From assembly GCA_038496445.1 (NCBI GenBank), contig JALMLS010000174.1, positions 1 to 64,000 on the forward strand: 64,000 nucleotides of DNA, read 5' to 3'. Source of the stretch: Trichosphaerium sp. ATCC 40318 (taxonomy: Eukaryota; Protista; Tubulinea). This document shows positions 50,001-63,081 of this stretch, piece after piece. Both the position numbers and the translations under genes were made by a program. How positions within the stretch are numbered: the first letter of the stretch is position 1; each line of letters begins with the position of its first letter. Under the pieces are notes generated by a model. It had not been told where the DNA came from and searched no databases. It saw only the letters and a list, made by a program, of their open reading frames with translations.

Positions 50001-50134
50001 CTGTAATCATAGCTGCGAGTGGCATGAGCCCAGACACTGCAAAGAAGAGTGATGGATTCAATGATGCGTTGAGGAAACCTTTCACTTTTGAAAAACTGTT
50101 TGAAGTAATTGAACGAAATTCTCGAGTTACATAA
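47093..50134 (+). CDS. Hybrid sensor histidine kinase (PAS-like input, HisKA, HATPase, degenerate REC + REC)
   Basis: [41 protein letters not shown]; receiver ILVVDDD..ILTDCYM..RKPF. Confidence 0.92.
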
Positions 50135-50373
50135 TCGCCTGCGAGAGTTAAAAAAAAACCGAAATAAAACTGTACTTGTATCCATCAGTTATCACTATGT
50201 GACGCGCACTATAGGGCTGTGAACGTTGAAAAACGCATTCATAGCCTTACCGGCAATCATTGTGGATTTGGACTGACGCCAAATTGTTTGTGACCGTTTT
50301 GGTTTATCCCGCCAAAATCCTTCGGTGGAAAATTGTGAATTTAAATTACATTACATTGCCCATTGTGTCATCC

Positions 50374-53300
50374 ATGGATGCGCTCTTGGTAGTACGGACT
50401 ATCGAAGAAAGGCCCAGCGTAGAGAGCTACGAAGATTTGATAGCTGTTCTACGACAAGACGCTATAGACCGAAAGACCCGTACACAGACTACATTATCTA
50501 CAACGCTTCAACAAGCGGTTGGTCGCATAGCCAAAGCAATTATACGCGATTTAAAATCCAAAAAAAAAGATACAGAAGAATTAAGGTTCGTAGTACACTC
50601 ACAGCTTGTGACTGCATCTGTGTAAAAAGCCGTTGATTTTTTGAATTTATGTGACTCTACAAATACGTCACAACGCCACCAAAGCCATATTTACATTACA
50701 AACTCGCGTCAATTCTCTTAGTAATACGTTTTAGATTACAAAATGTCTTACTTTCTCTTGGCTACCTATTAAACGCATCAGCACTTGCCTCAGGCATACC
50801 AGGTACGCCCCAAAAAACTCGTGGTAACCGCTAAATATTTTTTGTTTAAAAAGCCAACCAGAAAAAGGATCTACTGCTTGCAATATGCGAAGTGGCCTCA
50901 CGACCCGAGTTACGCAAGGTACAGTAACGTGTATTGACAAGAGGGAAAAACTGAGAAAGAAAACAGCCAATAGCCCCTTAACCCATCAGGAATCATATTT
51001 ATTGGTTGTAGGGAAGCGTCAATTATTGTATATGGTGCATCTCAGTGCAGAACTTTCCAGGCAGTACCGTTAGTCAATGCGTAAAACAGCTCATCGACAT
51101 CTTGTTCGAGGTTCTAACCAAGTTCGTTGATTCGGCTACCGTACAACGGGAAGCTTTTTCGGTGCGTCACACGGTTTTTTTTTTATATCTAGATTTATTT
51201 GAGTTTGAATGTTTCTTTTCGTTTTGGTGATGGTTTGTGTCGTAGGCTCTTCGTAAATTGGTGACTCAATGTGCAGAGGCGATGAAAGGCATATATGACA
51301 AATGGTTACCTCTATTTTGGACCAGACTATATCACGAGGTGAGGTTACGTCATTTGTGGCTCAATGTTACCTTTTATTTTTTATTATTTTTATATACTGC
51401 CATCTGACTGCCAAGTTGTTTATTTACTTTTCTTTACTTTACTCTATTGTGTTCTGACAGCCAAGTTTTTAGTCTGCAAAAGTTCGTAATGCTGCACTGG
51501 AAGGATTGAAATGTGCTATGCCTCTTTTTGAGCCAGTCCCAAAAGAGCTATCCATTCTGTTGTTTAAAGACATGACATGTGAGGGAGGCATCATAGATGG
51601 GCTTCATCGATTCATTGCAGCTGGGCAAGGTAAAAACATTGTAAGTTGGCATTTCCTCGTATTTAATGAGTGTGCAGGTGAACATATTGTGGGTACATGG
51701 GGACCACTCATTGTCCTTTTGGGAGAATGTATATTTAAAGATAAAATTATAAACAAGCTATTAAAGCTGCCAGAGAAGCTATTTATACACCCAGATGCTA
51801 CTGTTCGCGTTTCTGCTTTTCATGAGTGGCAGTCACTCATTAAAAACTTTTCGTTGGTGCATAAAGTCCCAATGGCGGAGCACGTGCGTGGTAGGATGCA
51901 AGTACAACTTCTTGTAAAGCCCATTCTGAATAGGTACGCACAAGAGTCAAATTTAGAATGCATTTTTCATGACAATGTGTCCATGCTTACTTTTTTGTGT
52001 AGTTTTCAAAAGGACAGTTCCACTGTGCTAAAAAATGCGGCGAGAAGATGTTGGAGTTACCTCGTTTCTAATGTAGGACCACAAGCATTTGAAGTGTGGC
52101 CACATCTCGTTGAATCTGTTACAGTGCGTTTTTCTTTTTTTTTTTTTGGATTCATATACCATCTTTTGTTTTCAGTTTTTTTTTCGATTCCTAAATCAGC
52201 TTTATCGCCTACACTTCTCCTATCTATTAAAAAACCCCACTGCACTCGCTATGTTTTAATTCTATCTTTGTGAGGTGAAAAGGAGAAACGAATAGACATA
52301 ATTCTCTTTTTCTTTTTTTGGTTGATCAAAAATGTGAATGGAGTGTCAAAGTACACTCACTACATACTAACCGCAATATAGGCGCAATTAATACAAAAAT
52401 CGGACGTTGACATTCTAGCAAATGTGGTAACGTATTTGGCAAAGTTGATGCAAGTGCAGCGTGGCGAAGATGCTGCCAACACGTGCGCAACGGTTTTTTT
52501 AACACCAGAAAAGAAAAAGAATGTCACCCGCTCTTTCTCACTTTGCTCTTCTGTAGACGCGAAATCGATGGTAATTGTTTTCCTGTGTATGATTTAACGT
52601 TCCCTCCATCTTTTCTACTGAATTCGTGGGGTTGGGTAAAGTCTGTGATTACATTTAGCTTCACGATACCTGATCAAGGTCCAACTACTTCTATTTTCCA
52701 AGCGGCACTCCTCCTCTGGCGCGTCTATCTAAGTCGCATAGAGAACAATCCAGGTTAGCGATTATCTCCAAACCCCTTTCATTTCCGCCACACCACGTGC
52801 CAGTACTCACATTAAATCTCAGGACCGGATATCGCAAAGCTGAACGAAGTTTTACTGTCCATCACATTGTTCACAGAGGACTTTCTTACTTCACAATCAG
52901 AGGGCATTCGACGCGGCTCATTCATACTAGATACCCTGGTCGATGCCATGCCAACACAAATTGGTGTACGAAAGCCAATGACAGCTCTTAAAGTGAAAGA
53001 GGCCTCAGCGTCTTCAGTACTAGCAAAAGGCTTGCCGCCAGCTGGTACGACACCTCATCTAGTCAAAATGCAATCTTCTTCTTTATTGACGTTCTTGTTT
53101 TACCTTGTAGAGTTCTTGATGTATCACTGGATGAAAGCTGCACTCAAAGTGCCTATCATATCGACGCCTCAGAAAGGCACATTTTTAAAGACTGTGATGC
53201 ACGTCTTCAGCGGTCTGTTTTCTCCTTCCGGCAATCCTTCAAACCCATTCCCATTTTCCTATCCTGCATCCGTAATGACAACCCTCATGGCCACGTGTAT

Positions 53301-55245
53301 TTCAGTACGTATCAGCACTATCTCTTGGTAGCAGCACGCACAGTATGGGCATGCATGGCTGCTTTTTCTTTCCCATTGATTTTAACAATATTTCATCCAG
53401 AATCTGAGGACAAAAGGTGGAAAAAAGTCGGACTGCCCTGGCACTACGCTGGAAGTAGCTTTCGATTTGGGTGTTTCGCTATTACAAATACTAGAGAAAC
53501 AGTTTGAACAATTATACAAGCAAGGCTCTGAGGGTAGTCTGACAAGCAACCAATACGTTCAAATCATAAATGTAATGGTATTCCCACTCCAATTGGCGTA
53601 CGCTTTTTTTACCAATATACCACTCTTACCTCCCCTGGAAAACTTACCAAGTGCATAGAGATTGCTTTTCAGATACAGAAGCCCACGTGCAATTATTCGG
53701 TAGTGCGAAACGAGATTTGTCCAAGGTACACTAAAGGAGTTCCTTCTTTTTTTTTTTGAGCATTCTGGACTGTAATGTCTTAACACTTTGCTAGGCGTAC
53801 AAGGGCGTCTTTACCTTCTTGTTGAAGGGCACAAAGGCCGTACAGGTTGCATGCACCACAGTGTCGCGTATAAATGAGCTCCTGACAGCAAAAAAGCTCT
53901 CTCTTAAAGACCCACGTGCAGTATTGATTGCGAGCGGTATGATGCGTGCCATGGTGTACACGACACACTTTGACAAGCTCGTCCCTGAACTCGCACAGAC
54001 TACAAGTTCTTTGAAATCATTTGTGGTAATGGTCTGCACTTTCCTGGACAAGGTACATGGCATGCTCACGGGGGATATCGCACAGCACACGACCGGTGTT
54101 ATATCCAACGTTGTGCCACTTTTATCAGTGATTGGTCAAGCTTGGAACGCCATCAAAACAGAAGAGCACTTGATGCTCTTGCTCCACCTCTCAAAAAATA
54201 CAATTAGTCTTTGGCTACAATGGAAGACTCCCTCAGTTTTACCTGCTTCTGTAGCCAATCTACCTGAATGGAAAACGTTCCCAGGGCCACTCAAACAAGT
54301 GGTACGAGCATTCAACGACTTTTTTTTTTCAGACTGATGCCATTTCTTTGCTGGCTGTTGGCTCACAGCTTATTTAGAACCTGTCTCTATGGGAATCAGT
54401 GATGGGCGCCATGTCCAGGACGTCTGTGTCCATATCGTCTTCATTGCTATCCGACATGTGCGTATTGTGGTCAGCGGGACTGTCAAACCGGTTCCGTGAG
54501 ATTAAAGAAACAGCCATTGCTTCGTGGAACGATACGTTCGGCAGCAGCGCCATGTTGACCTACCCTGATGAGTTGCAGCCTTTATTAAAGGCATTGAAGG
54601 GCAAATCTAACATCCTATTGCCTAATATGGAACCCTCTGCGTCTACAATTTTCCCTTCGATGCCAGCGCATGACCAATCTAAGGATTCAGCGCCGCTTGA
54701 CTTGCCAGAACCAAGCCTTGGATTCGGTCATGGTACGGCACCTTATCCACTTACAAACTAATACGAGTTCGTGCCATAGATCTCTCTGTGCAGGGTAGAC
54801 CTACACCGAAACCAACCCCGAAGCCAGATACAAAAGCGAAAAAGAAGAAGGGAGTAAAGAGGAAATTTTTAGCGTCGTCCCCACCCTGCAGTTCCGAAGT
54901 ACAGAAAAAACGCCATAAATTCATTAAGACAAAGCATGAGTCACCACAACAACAAGACCAAGAACAAGAAGCACAAACATCAGGTAATTAATCAGAGTCC
55001 CCAACAGCCCTATTCCAGCTTTTGTTTTTACTAACTCGTTTTGTAATGTAGATTCTGAATCCAGCATGGAAGAGACAAAGTCTCACGTTGACGAAACACT
55101 GGATGACGAGCAGTTTACAGAGTTTTTATCAAATTTCCATTCAAGCAAGCTACGAAAATTAAGTCGTAGTCAGCTGTTGGATACACAAGTGCACATGGCA
55201 AAGACAATAGCACATATTGCCACAATATTGAAAGCTCAGCCTTGA
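50374..55245 (+). CDS. RIF1: Rif1 (HEAT-repeat replication timing/telomere factor)
   Basis: WGPLIVLLG..INKLLKLPEKLF..VRVSAFHEWQSLI, LLVKPI, WNDTFG...LTYPDELQPLL; C-terminal helix LSRSQLLDTQ. Confidence 0.75.
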
Positions 55246-55385
55246 TAGCACTGTGTTTTGTACTGTATAAAATTGTAATAAAATGTTTGGTAGCTAGAAA
55301 CAGCTTGTTTTTGTCCCAAGAAAAAACGAAAAACTATGTTTACAATGATTGACTTTATTACAACATCAGAATGCCAGTCAAACAA

Positions 55386-58300
55386 TCAACTGCCCGGTGG
55401 TCCTGGTGGCGTGCTAGGCGCTGTTGCATCTGTATTTTCAGCATCAGTCATGACAGCATCAGCTGGCTCCTCAGGCTTCGGAACGCCGTCGGGGAAGAGT
55501 ATGTCTTTGATCATCTGAACAAAACCCAGTCAAATTAAGTGTTTCTACGGAAACGTACCTGTGGCATGTGCACTTCTTTACTATCTTTCTTACAAAGCTC
55601 TTCAAGCTGCTTTTTAAGCTGTGCGTTTTGTTTTATGGCGAGCTTAAACTGAGGTTCAGGAAGCTGTCCAAGAACTTGCACAGCATACGGTAGAGACATC
55701 TAATTAAAACTTGAGCATGCAATATCTTAGTGACGTAAAAATAAGTGAGCGTACCGCACAAGCCATGACAAAACCTTGCCATATTCTGGCGTCTTCCCAC
55801 ACCTTCTTTGTTACCAGTCTACTCAATATTGTATTGATGATGAATGGCCTCATTTGGTCGACACGAGACAGAGACTGAATCACAGTCCTCATAAAGAGCG
55901 GCGGAATAGGGACCTTATCCACAAGTTGCTGAAGTACAACTAAAACAAGTGTTAATACGATAACTGTAGTTCTAAGAATATGACTTACCAGCAAGAACAC
56001 CTCTCTTACAAACAACCGGCTGGTCAAAACAGAGTTGTGTGGCCTCTAGGACGCGCTTGAGCGGTATATTGTCTCTCTTTGTGTCTAACAAGTGAAGAGC
56101 TATAAGAAGCTCTGCTGGGGATATTGGCGTTGGTTTGTTATGGAGAAGGCGTGTTAGAGTTGTCTTGACATGAGATGCAGGAAGTGCTACAAGTTTAGGA
56201 AGGAGAGAAATCGTCTCTTCTTTTGTAAGTCCTGAAAGCACAGGAATCAAAAATCTTGCATCATTTACACGGTCTTTATATACTTTCTTGACAGCATCTA
56301 CTAATTCTTTTGTTGGCGGTGCTACAAGGAAGGAGGTTAGAAACTTTATTCAAAAACAAGAAAAAAGGAAGAAACTATTTCTTTAAAACTTGAGCACCAC
56401 GTACTCTTCTCAGTAAGAATCTTTAGGATCAATAAAATAAAGCCTTTAGCGCCTTTAGGAAACTCTTGTATTACTCGGAGCATATCAGGGTCATCCATAC
56501 CAATACGTCTTATAAGTCCACCAGCTTGACGATGCATACAAACCTGAGAGGAAGAGGACGGTTAGTTTTTGAAAAGTAACACTAAAAAGAAATTATCGGT
56601 TTTACCTTGACGTGCTTTGGCACTGTTGTATACAGCTGTAGTAACCCATCAAGCATGTTAGGTTTTCGTGATGTAAGCACAAAATACAGTAGAATACGTT
56701 GTGTGACTTCTTCTTCATCTAATGATGCACTACCTTCACCAGACAGACTCATTAAGCTTTTCATGGCATATTCCTCAATAGGCTCTTGGAACTGCTCTGA
56801 AGAGAAGAGCTTTGATGTCACTATTTTGATTGCTTGGTTACATACACTGCTATCTAGAAACAACAAGATAAGACACATAAACACTTATAAACGATTATCT
56901 GAGTACCTTTTTTGTTGGTATGTTCAAGCAACACTAGCAACGCTGTGCTCCTCTCTTTTGGTCTCATTTTAATTATCTTGTACAAGGTATCCAATCCAAC
57001 TGCAACATCTGTTGTTGAAGCACAACATTGTCTTATACATTCATAAACATGAGGTGTTAGGAACGGGATATCTAACAAGAATCTTGTGAAAGTCTGTTCA
57101 TGTGTATTGATATTAGCCTTGCACAGTTCCAAAAGTTTTTGAAGAACCCATTCATATCTAGACATTGAAGCACTCGTATCACCTCCATCACCTTGTGTCT
57201 TTATCACCAAAGCTTCTTGATATAACCACTGCAATCCTATATTTATAGCTGACGGGAAGTGTTGAGTCACGTGATTAATTATAGAGTTCGCGATATCCTT
57301 ATCCGTTTCAAGAGGTTGTTCTGTGGTTGAAGCATCGCCAGTGACTGTAGTGCTGTACCACAAGGCCATACGTGCAATCAGTCCACGTTTCAAGGGAACA
57401 GAAGACCCCTCTATGATTCTCTTGACACATGATAATCGTATTGATATAGTAGGCTTAACATCCTGTTTAACGTCCGCCATATCAACGTCTTTGACATCCC
57501 TAGTGATTACTAATTAGGTTTTGCGCTGAAGTGTTGTTGGTTTTCTTTGGAAAATCTCGCACGGTTTGGACTCTACAACTGGCTTTGGTTCAGTCATCTG
57601 TGGTTGTGCTGTATTCCTTTGTATTTGAGGAGGACCAGGGATCGGAAGTGTTGGCCCACCAGCGCCGTAAATGAGCGTATTAAAAATTTCCTGTGAAGAA
57701 CCATTAAAACATGACTGAAAAGACCCTGTCAGAAAATTTTGCATACCAAGTGTAGGTTTGGATTGACACCTTCTGCTGGAGGTGGATCATCTGGGATACC
57801 CTCTGGAATACCATGGAAAATCTCCAAGTTTTTAAAGAAGAGTGAAACAACGTCAGGTAAAGGAAAGTTTTGAATTTCCCTTACACCAGCAGCAATTTGT
57901 CCTTGTGGCAAGTTATTCAATGTAGGGTCGTATTTTTGCCTCTTAGGCGCTCTATCAGAATCATCTTGCTGTCTATCACGCCTTCTAGACTCTTTTATAA
58001 GCCTTCGTGCAGCTGACTCTGCGTTGACATGTTTCAAGGCATCACTCAGTTTGCTGGTGCATGACATACCAAAGTCGGTTCTAGAGGTTGAGTCAAGACT
58101 TTAACATACTAGGTACACTTACTGGGCAAACTTTAGTAGCTCCATTCGTACAGCAGATACAGCACTCTTTGTAAATGATCTTGATCTAGATGTACTGCCA
58201 TTGAGCAAGTCTGTGTATCCATCAATTACAGAGGTCATCAGAGCTGATGGGTTCAATAACGCGACTGCTGATAACGCTTTAATTATTACAATCACTTTGG

Positions 58301-59347
58301 TTGTCCTACAGCCTACCATTAGCCTTGCCTTCTACAAAAAGGTTCAAAAAAGAACTGTACCCAAAGGAAGATATGGACATCGAAGAAATAAGATGTTCGC
58401 AAATCTTGTGCGCTTCCCTGAGATGCCTTTGTTCTGGATTCGAAGCCTATACACCTCACAGTCAGAACAAAAAAAAAAAATAACTATATGGTAGTCCAAT
58501 AAATCACGTGATAAAACTTTAACCACACGTGGTTTAATAAACGTGCCACGTTATTTAAACTCTACGAATATGTAAGCAATTAGTGTACCTCGAAGACAGC
58601 AACGCAAACAACTTGGTAAAGCTTGACAGCTTGTATGAATACTGTATTTTGAAAGGCATGTTCTTCAGTTTGTAAATAATCTCTAAACCCGAAAATATCT
58701 GTCCAAACACCTTGTATCGTTTGCGACCTGTAATGCACTCAATGATTTAACAGAAACCATTTTTTTTAAGTATACTTCTAGAACGTACATTGGCTCCTTC
58801 TTTACAGCAACAATAAGCTTCGTAAACACTTGCAACAGCTTCTTTCGATGCTTAGCTGCCTTGGTTTGTCCGAAAATAAGAGCCATAGCAGGTACAGTTT
58901 TAGTGACATCTACAAGTGGTAAACGAGAGCGTCCAACAACAGAACAAGCATCAAAAACATGGCAACCGTTTTTTTCTCATGTTAAATAATCACGCTCATC
59001 AACACTTTTTACATGATATTTCACGTTTGGTGAATGGCTTGAAGTGAATTGACGTATGGACGTACATGTCCATGAGATGGCAAGTGCTTTATCTACAAAA
59101 TCCACAAGCCAAGCTACAAATGGTTCATCGCGCGTTGCAGGCGTCCATAGGCCAAATACCGCTTATTTCGCAATTAGAAACGGCTTCTAAACCAATTTTG
59201 TAAATACGCACCGTCATAATAGTCCTTCAAGAGCGCTGCGTCCTGTCTAAATACTAGTTCTCCTATTTGCTCGAGTTTTTGCTCAGGTTTTGGCGTTACA
59301 GGCGCAATCTCATTTATTAGGCTTGTGAGTTGATCAGCACTATCCAT
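55386..59347 (-). CDS. SYMPK: Symplekin (3'-end processing scaffold)
   Basis: LIPVLSGLTKEE..LPKLV, ISPAELLIALH, VLQQLVD..PPLFMRTVIQS, LSRLVTKKVW..IWQGF. Confidence 0.92.
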
Positions 59348-59531
59348 TGCAATCCTTTACAACACGTTTAGACAATTAGTCCCTTTGACAACCTAGAAAT
59401 GATCGCCACTGATCAACGCGTTATCTATTGCTTCTGTCAATAGCCTCTGCACAGCGTACTCGCTGCCTTAATGAAATTAAGTAGGGTGTGCGTAAAACTT
59501 GTGCTCAAGATAAACATAACAACAACTCACC

Positions 59532-59845
59532 ATGACCCGTGGAAATCAACGCGATACAGACAGAAAACGAGCTGCAGCACGTAATGCAAAAAATAAGAAC
59601 AAGAGAGGTGGCAAAGGAAAGGGCCAGGAAACAAAGAAAAGGATGATGACGTACGTCAACAAAATTGAATATTAAACTGCTTTTTTGATTTCTTTAAAAA
59701 GCCTTTTTTGTAACGCAAGCACGCAATTAATCTCCGTACTAGAGACGCCGAAATAATGAGAGCAAAGCAGGCAGCTGCTAATGCGAAGAGGGAAGAAGCT
59801 AACAAAGTCCAACAAAAAGCATCGAAGAACCAGCGCAAGAAGTAA
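59532..59845 (+). CDS. SERF: SERF/4F5 family small protein
   Basis: MTRGNQRDTDRKRA.. then an intron, then DAEIMRAKQ. Not in the ORF track. Confidence 0.9.
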
Positions 59846-60081
59846 AGAACAACCCCTGTGTTAACGTAATTGTAAAATGTGAAAAATAAAACCTATAAAC
59901 TTGTGCCATCAAAAGCTGGACTGCTCATAGTACGCTCAAAGTCACGACGTCTTCAATCTCATCAGGAGCTTTTCGTGCGCAGAAATATTGCGGTTTTGGT
60001 TTTTTTTTCAAACAGTCAAAGGCACCAAAGCCAAAAAAATAGCCAGTCTTGCTTTTTTATCCAACCACAACAGTAAGCAGC

Positions 60082-61326
60082 ATGTTTATCACTAACAGAA
60101 TTGTCTTCTCCGTCGGTGGGATTTTCAAAGAGATTGGTAATGGCCTTGAGCGCTTTGGAATGCGTATACAAGGAAACTTTGCGTGCACAGAACAATGTAA
60201 GTAGCGATAAAACAGAGTAATTGTTGTATTGAAGTAATTGGTTAATAATCTAATATCCGCCCAGTATCTAGACATAGACGAGTGGTAAGAATTGGAACAT
60301 ACACGGTACGGTCTTGGAGAACGCGCCGAATTTGTTTTAAACACACATAATAACACTGCGCACAGCCAAAAATCGGTACAGGCACATTTATTGCACCAAA
60401 CGCCTGTGTTATCGCAAACGTCGAGCTTGGTGACAACAGTAGCGTATGGTATGGTGCTGTAGTACGTGGAGACGTAAACACTATAAAGATTGGCAAAAAC
60501 ACAAGCATTTGCGAGAGGACTTCAGTACACGTATGTTCGGTTCCATTTTTCACTTCTTTGCTGTCTATACGTTGATTATAAGGCTACAAAACAAAAAAAA
60601 ATGAACGCTCAAAGAAATAAAAAAACCCAACCAATCTTCGTTACTGATGACCTTCAAAAGGTTTCTAGATCGGATAATATAAGAACAGGTTCTCCTTGCT
60701 TGATTGGTGACAATGTAACAATTGGTACGCTTAGACGTCACTAACAGCCTGTCATAAGCTCATAAAATTATAGGCCAAGCTTGTGTCATTCATGGATGTA
60801 CTATTGGTGATAACAGCCTCATTGAAGAAGGTACAAATCATAGCGCTTTTTTTTTCTCTTTTTTTTTTTTTAATGCAGTTCTGACGTCCTTGTAGGCGTC
60901 ACACTCTTGGATGGTGTTCAAGTAAGCAGTGGTAGTATTGTAGCTGCTGGATCTGTCGTTTTGGGTGGCACTGTTATCCCAGCAGGCGAGGTACACTAAT
61001 CTTTTTATTTCACGTTTTTTGTTTGTAAAAAAAAAGCATGTTTAAATACGTAACAACACTGTAAAACGCTCTTATAAATACCATGCTACTTGCACAGCAA
61101 CCCGTACTTACTTTGGTAGAAATGGGGAGGAGCTCCAGCCAAATCACTTGGAAAGCTAACCGATGCTGATGTAACCCGTATCAAGGACACTGCCGCAAAC
61201 TATTTAGAACTTGCTGTAAAGCATGACGAGAACCATATGCTTACACCATATGAACATATGCGTAATGAATATGACGCAAGATCAGGCGTAGGACGCGAAG
61301 AACACAACCCAGAAAAGTACTTTTAA
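60082..61326 (+). CDS. Gamma carbonic anhydrase family, mitochondrial complex I type
   Basis: KEIGNGLERFGMRIQG..EQLSRHR, FIAPNACVIANVELG..SVWYGAVVRGDVN, IGDNVTIG, IVAAGSVV, WGGAPAK. Confidence 0.88.
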
Positions 61327-61868
61327 ACGTTGGAAGGCTTTTTTTTTTTTTGTTCAAAAAAAAAAATGAATGAGATAATCCCTCGTGTAAAACAAATTAT
61401 AAATTGGCATCTTTTTTCTCTATCAAACATAATCTCTCTCTACAATTGAAAAATGGATCAGCCAAAAAAAAAACGCTTGGTATGTATGCAGCACACGCAG
61501 AAAAAAATAAAAAAAAAAACAATGTCAGAATGCTAAGCTATTCTTTTCTTATCAACAAAATCGTAATAATGCGACTTTTGGCTTGTTCTAGCATCAGAAT
61601 TTATTGTTCTTGTGTTGGTTTGTGTTGTTTTTCATGAATTTTGATTTGTTTTGGATGCCAAAGTGCCATACACTCTTGAATTGTTTCATGTATGGCATTG
61701 ATGGTAGCTGTTGCGTATGGTTCACGCGTAGTTGGACGAATAGAAGTCAACTGTTTGGTGGAATCCGCCAAAGCTGCCAAAATATTGTTCTAGCGCTTGT
61801 AAAGTGCGTTTCAAGCACATTTAAGGTTGTTGTAGGCCCATTTGAAATTGCTTACGGATTTTCTCGCA

Positions 61869-62190
61869 CTACAAAATAAGTTCGTAAGGTACGTCTGTGT
61901 AGGTTTCCCTTCGCTCAATGTTTGTTGTTGATCGTTTGTTTTCAAGCACGAAAAACGTTATTATCGCTGCCAAAGCACCACAGAGTGAGAATAGAAGGAA
62001 CACGACAAGAATGGTAATTGACGCTACTGATGCTGGGCCTAAATGCGTAATTAGCCCTGATATTACCAATGCGTTCACTAACCATGATTTCCTGGTGCGC
62101 TAGTGACATTTGTGGCGAGTAAGGCTATTTAACCGCTATTAGTCCGTTATATAACACTACAATGAGCTTACTTGTATCAACCGTCGCCAT
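61869..62190 (-). CDS. Small single-pass membrane protein (3 exons)
   Basis: MATVDT/TLLATNVTSAPGNH/GPASVASITILVVFLLFSLCGALAAIITFFVLENKR..; both introns are GT-AG and phase-consistent. Confidence 0.55.
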
Positions 62191-62405
62191 TAGCTGTCTT
62201 GTATGATTATAGTGAAAATATAGGACGTTATTGGCTTAAACCCGATCTTTCTGCGGTCGCAAGTCGCACGCTGTAAATATGTTCATTACTTTCATTTGGA
62301 CTTTGTTTTCATGACCAGTGACGCTTGTTGCCACGTGTTTGCGTTTATTTGTTACAATTGTTTTTATTAGAGATTTAACTCCACAAGATACCTGTGTCCA
62401 GGTTA

Positions 62406-62741
62406 TTACAGGTGTTGTGCATACATTGATAAGCAAAGTGCTGCTATGTACAGTAAAAACGTTATTGATGGCTGAATTGCAGGAGATTGCTGTGTTGCGT
62501 CGTAGTCTTCGTATTGGACTGCTTCGTCTTGGTTATCTTCCTGTATTGCTTCCTCGTAATGTGGTAATCCTGCTACCAGGTTGTCTTTATCCCTGCAAAC
62601 GTATAATTACGAATTGGTACTCCTATAGGGTTAACCTGCGTACCATTTCGAATTTTGGCTGTAAGACATGTCCTTTGAGACGTAAGCGATACGGCCGTAT
62701 GCAAGTGAGAGTAAGGAAAGCAGTAAAAGGGATCGCAACAT
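62406..62741 (-). CDS. Small secreted, probably GPI-anchored acidic protein (2 exons)
   Basis: Signal peptide MLRSLLLLSLLSLAYG, acidic core, hydrophobic C-terminus SITFLLYIAALCLSMYAQHL*. Confidence 0.55.
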
Positions 62742-63081
62742 GTTGTTAGATTGTATTTTAGTTATCAATTGTAGAACTATTATGACTCACATGTGTACTT
62801 GTCCTGAGCAAATTATTGTTCTGCACTGTGCTTCGAAGCAGGGTAGGCGTTCGCAACGTGTTTATTGTAGCGATAGTTCGATGTAAGTGTACGAAAAACG
62901 ATGAGTGTAAAAAGAATCAAGCACGTGCAATATGTATCAGTTTTTAGAGTGTTTAAACATATCTAATCAAGCCTGGTACGAGACAAGAAGTTTGCCAACT
63001 CGGATTTGCATTGTACTTAATTTTGTTCTGGCTCAGAAAATTGGCGGTAATCCAAATTCGCCGCAACCATATTTGACTATA

